Shown piece after piece: positions 25,197-33,810 of a stretch of DNA of 34,570 nt (position 1 is its first letter; every line of letters starts with the position of its first letter). Below the pieces are notes generated by a model. That model was given only the letters and a program-made list of their open reading frames with translations. It ran no database searches and had not been told where the DNA came from. Source of the stretch: an uncultured Candidatus Saccharibacteria bacterium (GTDB lineage: Bacteria; Patescibacteriota; Minisyncoccia; Portnoybacterales; UBA2143); contig CAZKWY010000007.1 in assembly GCA_964556655.1 (NCBI GenBank), positions 1-34,570 on the forward strand. The letters are read 5' to 3'. A program made the translations under genes and the position numbers.

Positions 25197-25886
25197 TTGA
25201 CGCTATGGGATAGTCTCTCATCACTGTTCTGCTCAAAGTATCAGAACAAGGTAAGGGACTTGGAGGCTGAGAACACTGTGCTACGTGAAGATAAACGCGT
25301 GTTGAAACGTAACTACAGTAACCTTCTAGAGGAGAAACAGGAGCTAGTGGCTGCTTTAACAGCTGAGACTCTTGACCTTTATCAACAGTTACAGGATTTA
25401 CAAGCGGTAATAGCTTCAAGTATGCCGATACCTGATATATCCATACACTTAGATAACCCTATCCTGTTTAAACCATTCAACGAGGATATTGGGATACCTC
25501 TTGGTTTAATAGGTGACGCAGAGTACTATACGTGGACTTTGGAGCAGTGGAGACAGATGCTTTCACCTGTGCAGGACGTGGTTCGTGAACATGCTTTAAA
25601 GAATGGGTGGGTAACCGAGATAAGTGACTGCGAGAACTTCGCTGTGGTTATGTCAGGGATTTTGATGACATCGTTTTTACATAGTGGCTTAGATAAACAG
25701 GGAGCGTTCCTTCTTACTCGTAGCCGTAGTCACGCGTATAACGTGTTTGTAGCGAGGGATGGTGACGTGTTTACTCCCTACGTGTATGAGCCTCAGAGCG
25801 ATAAAGTAGTTGGGAAACTGGATATGGTGGATTGGGAGCCTTATGTGACGATTAAAGGATGGTATCTGGGAACCGCGATAGTTTAA
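25197..25886 (+). CDS. transglutaminase/papain-like cysteine peptidase candidate with N-terminal leucine-zipper coiled coil
   Basis: 229 aa. TTG start after GGGGAG; the first ATG is far downstream. C-terminal ISDCENFAVVMSGIL ... SHAYNVFVARDGDVF gives a Cys, then His about 36 aa later, then Asp about 12 aa after that, as in transglutaminase-like peptidases. Confidence 0.4.
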   Translation: MTLWDSLSSLFCSKYQNKVRDLEAENTVLREDKRVLKRNYSNLLEEKQELVAALTAETLDLYQQLQDLQAVIASSMPIPDISIHLDNPILFKPFNEDIGIPLGLIGDAEYYTWTLEQWRQMLSPVQDVVREHALKNGWVTEISDCENFAVVMSGILMTSFLHSGLDKQGAFLLTRSRSHAYNVFVARDGDVFTPYVYEPQSDKVVGKLDMVDWEPYVTIKGWYLGTAIV

Positions 25887-25941
25887 CAATTATCACAACC
25901 TTTTTATATTTACGCCGTAACCCTATTTCTAGGAATAAACA

Positions 25942-26703
25942 ATGGATGATATAAGAGAACCGATTACTTGCTTCGATGACGAGGAGTGTAACTATGATGG
26001 ATGCCCCTTGTTCAACGTGAAGCTTGATAAATGTAAGTTATGGAAGCTTAAAACGTTACTAGACTCCACAGCAGAGGCGAAGACACCTATACGTGAAACA
26101 GTACCTCAGTCTAAAGAGGTTAAAGAAGTTAACCCGTTATATGATTACCCGCCTTCAAGACAGGATTTAGAGGCTAAGCTGGGTGACGTGTTTGACTCGG
26201 ATTTAGAGTATTGTTCTGATGGAACAGTTAAGACACGTAGATTCCTAGATGATAAATGGGGAGAAATTAATGAAGTGTTAGCTAGTATGGGTTACTCGTG
26301 GCATAGTGATAAAGAGAGTAAAGTCTATGAGTGGAGATACGGTGAAAAGAAACCCATAGTAAAGAAGAAAGATAAGAAGGATGAAACCATCTTCGCTAAC
26401 CTAAAACAAGACAGCTTCGCTCCTAAACTAAAAGGGAAAATAGTGGACGACCCCGTTCAGAGAGACATAGACACAAGTTATGGCCCTAAGACGTTAGCTA
26501 ATTTTAGGTTAAACGATGGAACAGCAAACATTCGTGTAACACTATGGGGTGACTTAGCTGAGGAAATCATGGATCATGTTAAGGGAGACGAGATAACTCT
26601 AACTAACATGAGTGTAAGAGACCATTATAAGGGAACATTACAGGTAAGCAGTACTCGCCCTAACCCTGAGAAGAAGTTTAAAGGTACACAGCTTTTTTCC
26701 TAA
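25942..26703 (+). CDS. RPA/SSB-like OB-fold ssDNA-binding protein
   Basis: 253 aa. C-terminal KGKIVDDPVQRDIDTSYGPKTLANFRLNDGTANIRVTLWGDLAEEI...GDEITLTNMSV matches the archaeal RPA OB-fold pattern. N-terminal Cys cluster (CFDDEECNYDGC...C). Confidence 0.5.
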   Translation: MDDIREPITCFDDEECNYDGCPLFNVKLDKCKLWKLKTLLDSTAEAKTPIRETVPQSKEVKEVNPLYDYPPSRQDLEAKLGDVFDSDLEYCSDGTVKTRRFLDDKWGEINEVLASMGYSWHSDKESKVYEWRYGEKKPIVKKKDKKDETIFANLKQDSFAPKLKGKIVDDPVQRDIDTSYGPKTLANFRLNDGTANIRVTLWGDLAEEIMDHVKGDEITLTNMSVRDHYKGTLQVSSTRPNPEKKFKGTQLFS

Positions 26704-26767
26704 CCCTATATAATCTAAACTATTTTTTTAACCGATACACTTAAATAACCTTCTTTACACCGTAAAC

Positions 26768-27109
26768 ATGGTAAGGATGTCGCAACGAGAAGTAGATAAA
26801 CTGAAGAAAACGCTTCACCCAGAGAAACAGATGAACATCATTGAACAGGCACGCATAGTGTCAACAGCCCTAGATGAAGAGGGAAGCTTCTATAATAACA
26901 CTGAGGGACTTGCTCAGTATCTTGAGATTAGTAAGAGTAAAGTGTATCAACTTAACCGTGTGTGGGTTGATATGATTCCAGAGGTTAAGGAATGGTTTCG
27001 GGGTACGGAGTTTCAGTGCCGTAAAGCGTATGATACCGCTGTGTTGACTGAGGGGGAGCAACGTGAGTTTCTGCGTGGTATGAATGTGCTTGTGGAGGGA
27101 AGGGAATGA
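26768..27109 (+). CDS. HTH DNA-binding protein
   Basis: 113 aa. TEGLAQYLEISKSKVYQLNRV helix-turn-helix segment. Confidence 0.4.
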   Translation: MVRMSQREVDKLKKTLHPEKQMNIIEQARIVSTALDEEGSFYNNTEGLAQYLEISKSKVYQLNRVWVDMIPEVKEWFRGTEFQCRKAYDTAVLTEGEQREFLRGMNVLVEGRE

Positions 27110-27252
27110 GTAACCCTAACGCTATAAGAACACGGTTCTATGATATACTACGAACGCTTAGGGTGAAGGGGGAGATAACTCATAGGGAGTTTCGGATGAT
27201 GCGTTGTATAGTGGATAGTGGCGTGGATAACTTGTTTAAGGAGGCAGAGAAA
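27106..27252 (+). CDS. hypothetical 48-aa protein
   Basis: Not in the track. ATGA overlaps on both sides couple it to the flanking genes. Confidence 0.25.
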
Positions 27253-27773
27253 TGATGAGAACTGAAAACGATAAATACCATGCGGTTATGAATAGAAAAC
27301 CAAACGAACTCACAGCAACAACGCATCCAAGAATGAACAAATGGATAGGACAAGTTACTTGTGCTTATGGGATGGTTGCACAGGATTTTGATGATTATAA
27401 AGCAATCTCTAAACAACGTATTGAGAAACTACAGGAAAAAGAGAGGCAACTCAAAGAGGAGAACAAGCGACTAAAACAAGATAATCAAAAACTAAAACTA
27501 TTTGAGAACCTATTAAGAGAAATCTATAATGCTGATATGGGGATAAACATTGAGATAGAAACAGGGTTATGGACTTGTGATTACTGTAACAAGGAGTTTA
27601 ATGAAGACATGTTTCGATATTTTGTACCTATGGATTGGGTTTGTTTACAGGAATACAAGAAGAATAAAGAGAAGCTTTCAGCGATACGGGAGATAGTTAA
27701 ACCAGTAAATACCTATGAAATGGAGCCAATCCCGATTATCCTTAAAATTCGTGAGGTGTTGGGTGATGAGTGA
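27252..27773 (+). CDS. hypothetical coiled-coil protein with CxxC pair
   Basis: 173 aa. Central KLQEKERQLKEENKRLKQDNQKLKL coiled coil, then CDYC...C. Confidence 0.4.
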   Translation: MMRTENDKYHAVMNRKPNELTATTHPRMNKWIGQVTCAYGMVAQDFDDYKAISKQRIEKLQEKERQLKEENKRLKQDNQKLKLFENLLREIYNADMGINIEIETGLWTCDYCNKEFNEDMFRYFVPMDWVCLQEYKKNKEKLSAIREIVKPVNTYEMEPIPIILKIREVLGDE

Positions 27774-27924
27774 CAAGATATCTCAAACAGTGAATCAAGT
27801 TAAAATTACCTTTCCCTCACCACTATCAAAAGAATCATGGAGATTGATTCTTCAAGAAAAACCGCTTGTAGAAATATGGATTGGAAAAGACAGAAAAAAA
27901 TATGATAACAGAACTAAAGGTTAA
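27766..27924 (+). CDS. hypothetical 52-aa protein
   Basis: ATG within the track ORF 27715..27924, overlapping the upstream stop. Confidence 0.25.
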   Translation: MSDKISQTVNQVKITFPSPLSKESWRLILQEKPLVEIWIGKDRKKYDNRTKG

Positions 27925-28120
27925 GTTAGCCAAGGAATATGAAGAATGTATGGATAAATATAAAGATGTTCCATGCACATATGCAGGATGCGAATTATGG
28001 TCACAATGCAAGAGATGTAAAGGATTATACCATGATCACAAAGATTGCGGTGACTGGTGTTTCGCTATGGGGTGGCATCAAGCAATATCAGAGAGAACGG
28101 GTAACGTAAGCCCATATTAA
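27902..28120 (+). CDS. Cys/His-rich small protein
   Basis: ATG at 27902 inside the TTG-started track ORF 27881..28120. Contains C...C..C..C..C...H.H..C..C. Confidence 0.35.
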   Translation: MITELKVKLAKEYEECMDKYKDVPCTYAGCELWSQCKRCKGLYHDHKDCGDWCFAMGWHQAISERTGNVSPY

Positions 28121-28258
28121 AGATGAAGAATGTGAAAATGAATAAATCAAATAAACTAAATAAAAAATATTCTAGTAAATCTGAATATGGTTTCCCACCA
28201 GAGCTACTTTTTATAGAAAGATTTAAATATTTGGCAATTCACCTTAAGGTGAAAAACG

Positions 28259-28471
28259 ATGGTATGGCACGTTCATTATAAAGATGGAAAATATGCAGTA
28301 TGGTCAACTATAATAGATGACTACATAACTCGGTGGGGATCGGTAGATGAGGTAAAATCATTCTATATCGAAAAAGCTATGGAAGAAGCGGAAGAAACTG
28401 CTATGATAAATATACAGAATGCAAAGAAAGATGGGTGTTCTGCTCAACCTTATTTCAGATGTGAGATATGA
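28259..28471 (+). CDS. hypothetical small protein
   Basis: 70 aa with an ATG after AAGGTGA. Confidence 0.3.
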   Translation: MVWHVHYKDGKYAVWSTIIDDYITRWGSVDEVKSFYIEKAMEEAEETAMINIQNAKKDGCSAQPYFRCEI

Positions 28472-28707
28472 CTGAAAATTTTTTGTTTATAAGATTAAAG
28501 CAAAGTTACAAAAGAAGTTTAGATAAACTTCGAGCAAACTGCCGACATAGAGAAGCTATGTACTATAATAGAGGGGGCGGTAGAAACAGACAGAATGATG
28601 TACTGATTTGTAAACGATGTGGGAAGATACTCTGGACACCGCGTTATGTTGAAGCTATTTCACCAGAAAAACTAAAATTTTTAATTGAGGAAGAAAATGA
28701 AAAATAA
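28468..28707 (+). CDS. Zn-ribbon small protein
   Basis: 79 aa. CRHRE...CKRCGK. ATGA overlap with the upstream gene. Confidence 0.35.
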   Translation: MTENFLFIRLKQSYKRSLDKLRANCRHREAMYYNRGGGRNRQNDVLICKRCGKILWTPRYVEAISPEKLKFLIEEENEK

Positions 28708-28963
28708 AGATAACTGGGGAACGCCCGAATATTTATATGAAAAACTGGATGAAGAATTTCACTTTACACTTGATCCATGTCCATATCCTAGACCTAAGTG
28801 GGATGGCTTACAGATAAATTGGGGAGATGAAATTTCATCACCAAAAATTGCGGCTTCACAGATTGCGGCAAAACATATAATTTCAGGAGAAGGAACATCT
28901 GATTATATAAAAACTCTACACAAATATTTTAGTTCAAAGCAAACAGTAAAGGAGGAAAGTTAA
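28697..28963 (+). CDS. Dam-family (phage Dam-like) N6-adenine MTase N-terminal domain protein, apparently truncated
   Basis: NWGTPEYLYEKLDEEFHFTLDPCPYP...DGLQINWG matches the conserved N-terminal block of phage Dam-like MTases. No NPPY catalytic motif follows in any frame. Confidence 0.4.
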   Translation: MKNKDNWGTPEYLYEKLDEEFHFTLDPCPYPRPKWDGLQINWGDEISSPKIAASQIAAKHIISGEGTSDYIKTLHKYFSSKQTVKEES

Positions 28964-29202
28964 TGTTTACTTTATGGTATCTCTCCAAAATAAATGAACG
29001 AATTGAAAGAAAAGAGAACGAATATTTAGAACAAAAATATAGAAACGTAGATATTGATCCCATGTTCGGTAATCCGCCTCATCATTGGACGGGTTCAGTT
29101 ATGGGGGGCATGGAAATAATGCTTAGTATGTTATTGGAATTAGAAATTTGTGTCGTTATAGATTTAGTTATCTTAACGCTAATACTAAAAATCTTGGTTT
29201 AA
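28963..29202 (+). CDS. hypothetical protein with NPPH motif and hydrophobic C-terminus
   Basis: 79 aa with AAGGAGGA SD. Contains DIDPMFGNPPHHW. The C-terminus is a hydrophobic helix. Confidence 0.25.
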   Translation: MFTLWYLSKINERIERKENEYLEQKYRNVDIDPMFGNPPHHWTGSVMGGMEIMLSMLLELEICVVIDLVILTLILKILV

Positions 29203-29214
29203 GGTGAAAAGAGA

Positions 29215-29997
29215 TTGAACACTTATACACTTTACCAAGGAGACTGCCTAGAAGTCTTACCTACACTTGAATCAGAGTCAGTAGACTTGGTTGTAACAAG
29301 CCCCCCGTATAATCTAGGTATGGATTATGAAAAAAAACTACTTGAAGAAAACTATTTCACCTTCATAGAACAAACCCTGAAAGAAATATATCGTGTGCTT
29401 AAACCAAGTGGACGTATATGTTGGAACATAATACACCAATGTCGTTGGGGGAAAGATGGTGACATATATCCAATGGCGAGGAAACACGCTAACAAACTAG
29501 AAGATGCGGGGTTCAGGTTTTTCGATCACCTAATATGGAACCAAGGTTACTCGGATTCAGCAACCGCGTGGGGGAGCTGGTTATCGCCTTCAGCACCATT
29601 TATACGACATAAAACAGAAGCTATTCTAGTTTTCTATAAAGACGAGTGGAAGTTAAGAGATAAAGGAGAAACGGATTTAACTAAGAAGGAGTTTATGAGT
29701 TGGACTAATAATGAGGTGTGGGAAATACAACCAGAGTCAGCTAAGAGGATAGGACACCCAGCTCCTTACCCAGAGGAATTTGTATATCGTTGCGTCAAGC
29801 TATTCAGTTACGTTGATTCAGTTATCCTCGATCCGTTTCTTGGTTCAGGTACTACTATGAAGGTATGCCAAGATAATAACCGTAGCTGTATAGGGATAGA
29901 AAAGTTTGAGGAATACATCCCCTTAATTAAGAAGAGGTGTTGGGGTAGACAATTCCTAGATAGACAAGTAGAATACAACTTTCACTCTTGTAAGTAA
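29215..29997 (+). CDS. beta-class N4-cytosine / N6-adenine DNA methyltransferase
   Basis: 260 aa. Motif IV DLVVTSPPY near the N-terminus and motif I ILDPFLGSGTT near the C-terminus (beta permutation). TTG start after AAGGTGA; no ATG upstream of the catalytic motif. Confidence 0.85.
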   Translation: MNTYTLYQGDCLEVLPTLESESVDLVVTSPPYNLGMDYEKKLLEENYFTFIEQTLKEIYRVLKPSGRICWNIIHQCRWGKDGDIYPMARKHANKLEDAGFRFFDHLIWNQGYSDSATAWGSWLSPSAPFIRHKTEAILVFYKDEWKLRDKGETDLTKKEFMSWTNNEVWEIQPESAKRIGHPAPYPEEFVYRCVKLFSYVDSVILDPFLGSGTTMKVCQDNNRSCIGIEKFEEYIPLIKKRCWGRQFLDRQVEYNFHSCK

Positions 29998-30128
29998 ACC
30001 CTCATAACAATCCTTTTTGATAACTAAACCCATACGAAGCAACTTAGAGTAACTTGAAAATAGTGAACAAGGCGAATACGTTAAATATAAGTACGGGTAT
30101 AGGATATTAAGAGCAAGGAGAACAAGTT

Positions 30129-30344
30129 ATGCCATATTGGATGAAAGAAGAAGAACAACTATTTGAGAAAGCATGGAAATCAGGTGAATACGACCCTGAT
30201 ACTATGTCAAGGGTTTTCCAGAGAAGCTTCGATGCTTTACGTGCGAAGGCAAAGAACATGGGTTTACCTACGTGGGAAGCAGTAGAAGGAGAAGTCCGTT
30301 TACGGGCTATACGGGAAGCACTTGATAACGAGGTAACGATTTGA
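30129..30344 (+). CDS. hypothetical small protein
   Basis: 71 aa with an ATG after AAGGAG. Confidence 0.3.
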   Translation: MPYWMKEEEQLFEKAWKSGEYDPDTMSRVFQRSFDALRAKAKNMGLPTWEAVEGEVRLRAIREALDNEVTI

Positions 30345-31168
30345 GCACCATCGTTCGTAGCGTGCTTGTAGTAGGGGATATACATGGAGGTTCACCTTAC
30401 TCAGTATGCGACGAAGAGGGAATAGCCCTCCCATTCGGGAACGAAGTGAACTATGTGACACCAAGCGAGGGACAACTAGAGTTATATGAACACTGGAAAT
30501 ATATGATTGAAATAGCTGATATATTAAACGTTGACACAGTTATAGACCTCGCTGACGCAGTGGATGGAGTGGATTACTATAATAGTGGACAAGGAGTTAT
30601 GACTAGTATACTTGACTCACAGCTAGAGCTAACTACAAGACTCTATAAACCCGTGGTTAAGGGGCGACGGTTTATCGGGTGCAGCGGTAGCCCGTATCAC
30701 CAAAGCAGAGACATGAAGATTCATAAACAGTTAGCGAGTAACCTAAGTAAATACGCTGATTCCACAGAGTTCGTTGGCTCAGCGGGGATACTTACGATAG
30801 AGGAAATAGATAAAAAACTGTTGATAGCTCATAAAGCGAGTAACGCTATGCTCTACACTGCTACTATGCTTGACCGTGAGTTAACTTATCAGAAGGTTGC
30901 TGAAGCTAATGAACAGTTACCTGGTATTGATTACAGGATCACGGCTCATCTTCATAAGGCGATGCATCTTGATAATGGGCGTCAGCATTATATTCAGAAT
31001 CCTTGCTGGAAGAGTTGGTACCCGATTAAGAATAGTACACAGCTTATTGGGCGTAGGCAGACGGATATTGGGTGGGCTGTGATAATGTTTGATGAGGAGG
31101 GGCGTAGCACGGTGAAGTTGTTTGTGTATAATAGCCCGAATATAGCTATACGTGAGTTATCTATCTAA
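30341..31168 (+). CDS. calcineurin-like metallophosphoesterase
   Basis: 275 aa. VLVVGDIHGG (GDxHG), DLADAVDG (GDxxD), GCSGSPYH and ITAHLH (GHxH-like) in canonical order. TTG start at 30341 or GTG at about 30361. Confidence 0.65.
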   Translation: MSTIVRSVLVVGDIHGGSPYSVCDEEGIALPFGNEVNYVTPSEGQLELYEHWKYMIEIADILNVDTVIDLADAVDGVDYYNSGQGVMTSILDSQLELTTRLYKPVVKGRRFIGCSGSPYHQSRDMKIHKQLASNLSKYADSTEFVGSAGILTIEEIDKKLLIAHKASNAMLYTATMLDRELTYQKVAEANEQLPGIDYRITAHLHKAMHLDNGRQHYIQNPCWKSWYPIKNSTQLIGRRQTDIGWAVIMFDEEGRSTVKLFVYNSPNIAIRELSI

Positions 31169-31354
31169 CCCCCCTCTCTTTTGTTTCGTAACGTTTATAA
31201 CATATTCACCATTTACTAGTATCGTGGATTAATGGTATTGTAGCGCATCTAATCGAGTGTGGTTAAATACGATCCAATCCCCGTAACTACATAAAACGGG
31301 GTATCCACTCTTATCAACAATAACCTTTTATAATAGACTAACACCTAGTTAAGT

Positions 31355-31813
31355 ATGATGCAGAGCAAAGAGAACCCAGTCACAGCAAAAATGATAAACA
31401 ACTTAAAAGAATATATAAAAAAGGAGTACGAGAAGAAAACCCAGATAAATAAAAACAAGGAAAACGTCATAGAAATTTTCTATAATTCACCTATTATAAC
31501 AACTGAAACAGGGAAAATAGAGATTCCAATAATTCATAAAGAGTTCAATATAGACGCCTATGCCTCTGAGAAAGTAATAAAAGAAGAAATACTTGACTCA
31601 TTAGATAAAATAGTGAAATCAGAGAACTTTATTCTAAGTAAAATGAGTGAAGAGGATACAATTTACTACGGTGGATTAACTTCACGTATTAAAGTATTCC
31701 CAGAGGAAACAGGGGATAACGTGAACCTATGGGTTACTATAAGGTCTTACTTAAACACGTCTGCAACACCAAAGATTTCGGAGCTTACAGAACAACACCG
31801 TAAAGAACTATAA
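31355..31813 (+). CDS. hypothetical protein
   Basis: 152 aa Lys/Glu/Ile-rich ORF in an AT-rich region. Confidence 0.35.
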   Translation: MMQSKENPVTAKMINNLKEYIKKEYEKKTQINKNKENVIEIFYNSPIITTETGKIEIPIIHKEFNIDAYASEKVIKEEILDSLDKIVKSENFILSKMSEEDTIYYGGLTSRIKVFPEETGDNVNLWVTIRSYLNTSATPKISELTEQHRKEL

Positions 31814-31892
31814 ACAATAACCCTTTTCCCTTAAACCCCTCTTTTTTATTATTTCACCGATACTGTTATATACTCTATCCCTAAACAATTAC

Positions 31893-32108
31893 ATGATACC
31901 TATGAGTAAAAAACAGTCAATAAACGAGCTTATAGACGAGTATAACAAAGTAGACACAGAGATAAAAGAGAAATATAAAACAGAAGGCGGAGCATGGCTT
32001 GACACAGATGAATACACGGAGCTATACTTAGAGAAGATAAGGCTACGTGACCTTCTTATGACGCCTGAGCCTGCTCAGGATAAGGAGTGGGTGAACACGA
32101 AATGGTAG
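31893..32108 (+). CDS. hypothetical small protein
   Basis: 71 aa with an ATG start. Confidence 0.3.
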   Translation: MIPMSKKQSINELIDEYNKVDTEIKEKYKTEGGAWLDTDEYTELYLEKIRLRDLLMTPEPAQDKEWVNTKW

Positions 32109-32572
32109 ACAAGAATGATAATTCAATAACAAAGATGAAAACAGTTTACGCAGTTGGATGCGGATGCTATAGCGATTATCATATACGGTGCATATTTTCA
32201 ACACGCGAACTAGCAGAAAAATATGTAGAGATTATCAACTCAAAGGCAGAATATTCTATGGACAAATGTGAAGTCGAGGCATATGTGTTAGATGAACCAC
32301 AGGAAGAATGGGTTACAACAATGGTTCGTATGAAGAAAAACGGTGATGTAGCTAGTACTTGGGAAAGCTTTTACAGTGGAAAAGGGTTCGCTTGTTACGA
32401 TGTTGACAATAATCTAGTTTATGGTGTAGCTACAGAGAATAAAATAAAAGCAATAAAAGTTACAAACGAGATAAGAACTATTCTTCTTGCACATGGCGTG
32501 TTCGGGGATATGGCAAAAACTAGCGATTATCTTAGTTCACAATCAACAAATACAGAGGATACAGAGAAATGA
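32102..32572 (+). CDS. hypothetical protein
   Basis: ATG at 32102 after GGAGTG; the track ORF starts at a GTG at 32087. Contains GCGC. Confidence 0.35.
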   Translation: MVDKNDNSITKMKTVYAVGCGCYSDYHIRCIFSTRELAEKYVEIINSKAEYSMDKCEVEAYVLDEPQEEWVTTMVRMKKNGDVASTWESFYSGKGFACYDVDNNLVYGVATENKIKAIKVTNEIRTILLAHGVFGDMAKTSDYLSSQSTNTEDTEK

Positions 32573-32853
32573 CTTGGTGGTGTGAAGACTACGGGAAAAA
32601 CATATTACGCATAGCATATCTTCACCCAACTGATTCTCATAATGAATGTGAACATTGTCATCTGTTGGATAAATGTGTAGCTGATTCTATTTACATGGAT
32701 ACTGAGGTTCCTATTATGTTAAAGTGTAGTGATGTCATGATAATAGTAAAGGTGATGGATGATCACGATTCAAAGATAGCTGAAAACATATCAAATCAAT
32801 TATTAAGATACGCCGATAACACTTCTATCTCAAGGGTGAATGATGATGAGTAG
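32569..32853 (+). CDS. Cys/His-containing small protein
   Basis: 94 aa with ATGA overlap to the upstream gene. Contains C...HNECEHCH...C. Confidence 0.35.
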   Translation: MTWWCEDYGKNILRIAYLHPTDSHNECEHCHLLDKCVADSIYMDTEVPIMLKCSDVMIIVKVMDDHDSKIAENISNQLLRYADNTSISRVNDDE

Positions 32854-33010
32854 CTGTTTCTTCTATCAAGAAGATAAGTGTATGTTTAGAGACATGATGA
32901 AGTCAACTAAGAAAGACTGCCCATTTATGGATGAGAATCGTAAATGCACTGCATCAGAGGGTGACTTGGTTGATTATGACTTCAATTTTCAGGAGATTAA
33001 TAAAGAATGA
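32840..33010 (+). CDS. hypothetical 56-aa Cys-containing protein
   Basis: Not in the track. Begins with an ATGATGATG triple start overlapping the upstream stop. Confidence 0.25.
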   Translation: MMMSSCFFYQEDKCMFRDMMKSTKKDCPFMDENRKCTASEGDLVDYDFNFQEINKE

Positions 33011-33101
33011 AAAGTGATTGGGATTCGATTCTAATAGATTGGTACAACTATACCAAGACGATTCACAGTTTGAACGGAACAAAGATAGGAGTAAAAGATA
33101 A

Positions 33102-33302
33102 ATGAAGTTTTCTGAAACAGGGTTATTTCATACCCCATGTAATGATTGGACGTATGAGAAGTGCCCCAACTATTCTGAGGATTGGAATAAACGCGTTAAT
33201 CAAGAAATATGTTGTCATGAATGCTCAAAAACTAACTGTCTTTGGAGATGCAACTTAGCAAAATCCTTCGATGATTGCCCATATAAACATGAGGTATTAT
33301 AG
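33102..33302 (+). CDS. Cys-rich small protein
   Basis: 66 aa with 9 Cys (C...C...CCHEC...C..C...C). Confidence 0.3.
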   Translation: MKFSETGLFHTPCNDWTYEKCPNYSEDWNKRVNQEICCHECSKTNCLWRCNLAKSFDDCPYKHEVL

Positions 33303-33319
33303 TTTAGAAAGAAAAGAGA

Positions 33320-33664
33320 TTGAATGAAATGAAAGATGAATCAGAGATATACCGTGAAGCCATGGAGTTATGGGGATGGGAACTACAAGCAGGAGTCCTA
33401 GCCGAGGAATGCTGTGAACTAGCCAAAGCCACATTAAAACTCATACGATATAAGAACATATACCCTGCCCACCCGAACCGTGAAGAGTTAGAGAACTTTG
33501 TAGAGGAAATGGCTGACGTGCAGATAATGTTAAACCAGTTCCTCAACGAGTATTTAGATTATGGAGATAGGTTGCTGTATCATGAATTGAAGAAGCGGAA
33601 ACTTGAACGAGTAGCACAGTGGATAGAACGAGATAAAATTAGTGTTGTAGATGAAAAGAGATGA
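33320..33664 (+). CDS. MazG-like nucleotide pyrophosphohydrolase
   Basis: 114 aa. LAEECCELAKA (EExxEL-like) and EEMADVQIML (EExxD) motifs typical of the all-alpha MazG family. Confidence 0.6.
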   Translation: MNEMKDESEIYREAMELWGWELQAGVLAEECCELAKATLKLIRYKNIYPAHPNREELENFVEEMADVQIMLNQFLNEYLDYGDRLLYHELKKRKLERVAQWIERDKISVVDEKR

Positions 33665-33810
33665 TAGAGGATTATTATTGTTATGGTTGTGGATCAATCA
33701 ACCTTCGCTTTGATAGGGGGTTCCGAGTAGTCTGTCTTGATTGCGGAAGAGATTGGTATGAAATAAGAAAATCTATTCAAGATAAAATCTTATTTGAGGA
33801 AGAACAATGA
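33661..33810 (+). CDS. Zn-ribbon 49-aa protein
   Basis: Not in the track. CYGCG...CLDCG. ATGA overlaps on both sides. Confidence 0.3.
   Translation: MIEDYYCYGCGSINLRFDRGFRVVCLDCGRDWYEIRKSIQDKILFEEEQ

Noticed and set aside
30107-31082. ORFs 30107..30385 (-) and 30897..31082 (+)
   Set aside because: They are antisense to, or internal to, 30129..30344 and the phosphoesterase gene.
31170-31354. Possible tRNA in the 185-bp gap before 31355 (contains gtagcgcat and ggttaaatacgatcc, which look like D-arm and T-arm fragments)
   Set aside because: No 7-bp acceptor stem pairing with a downstream 3' end could be assembled, and there is no TTCRA T-loop, so a cloverleaf could not be supported. Running tRNAscan-SE or ARAGORN would settle it.
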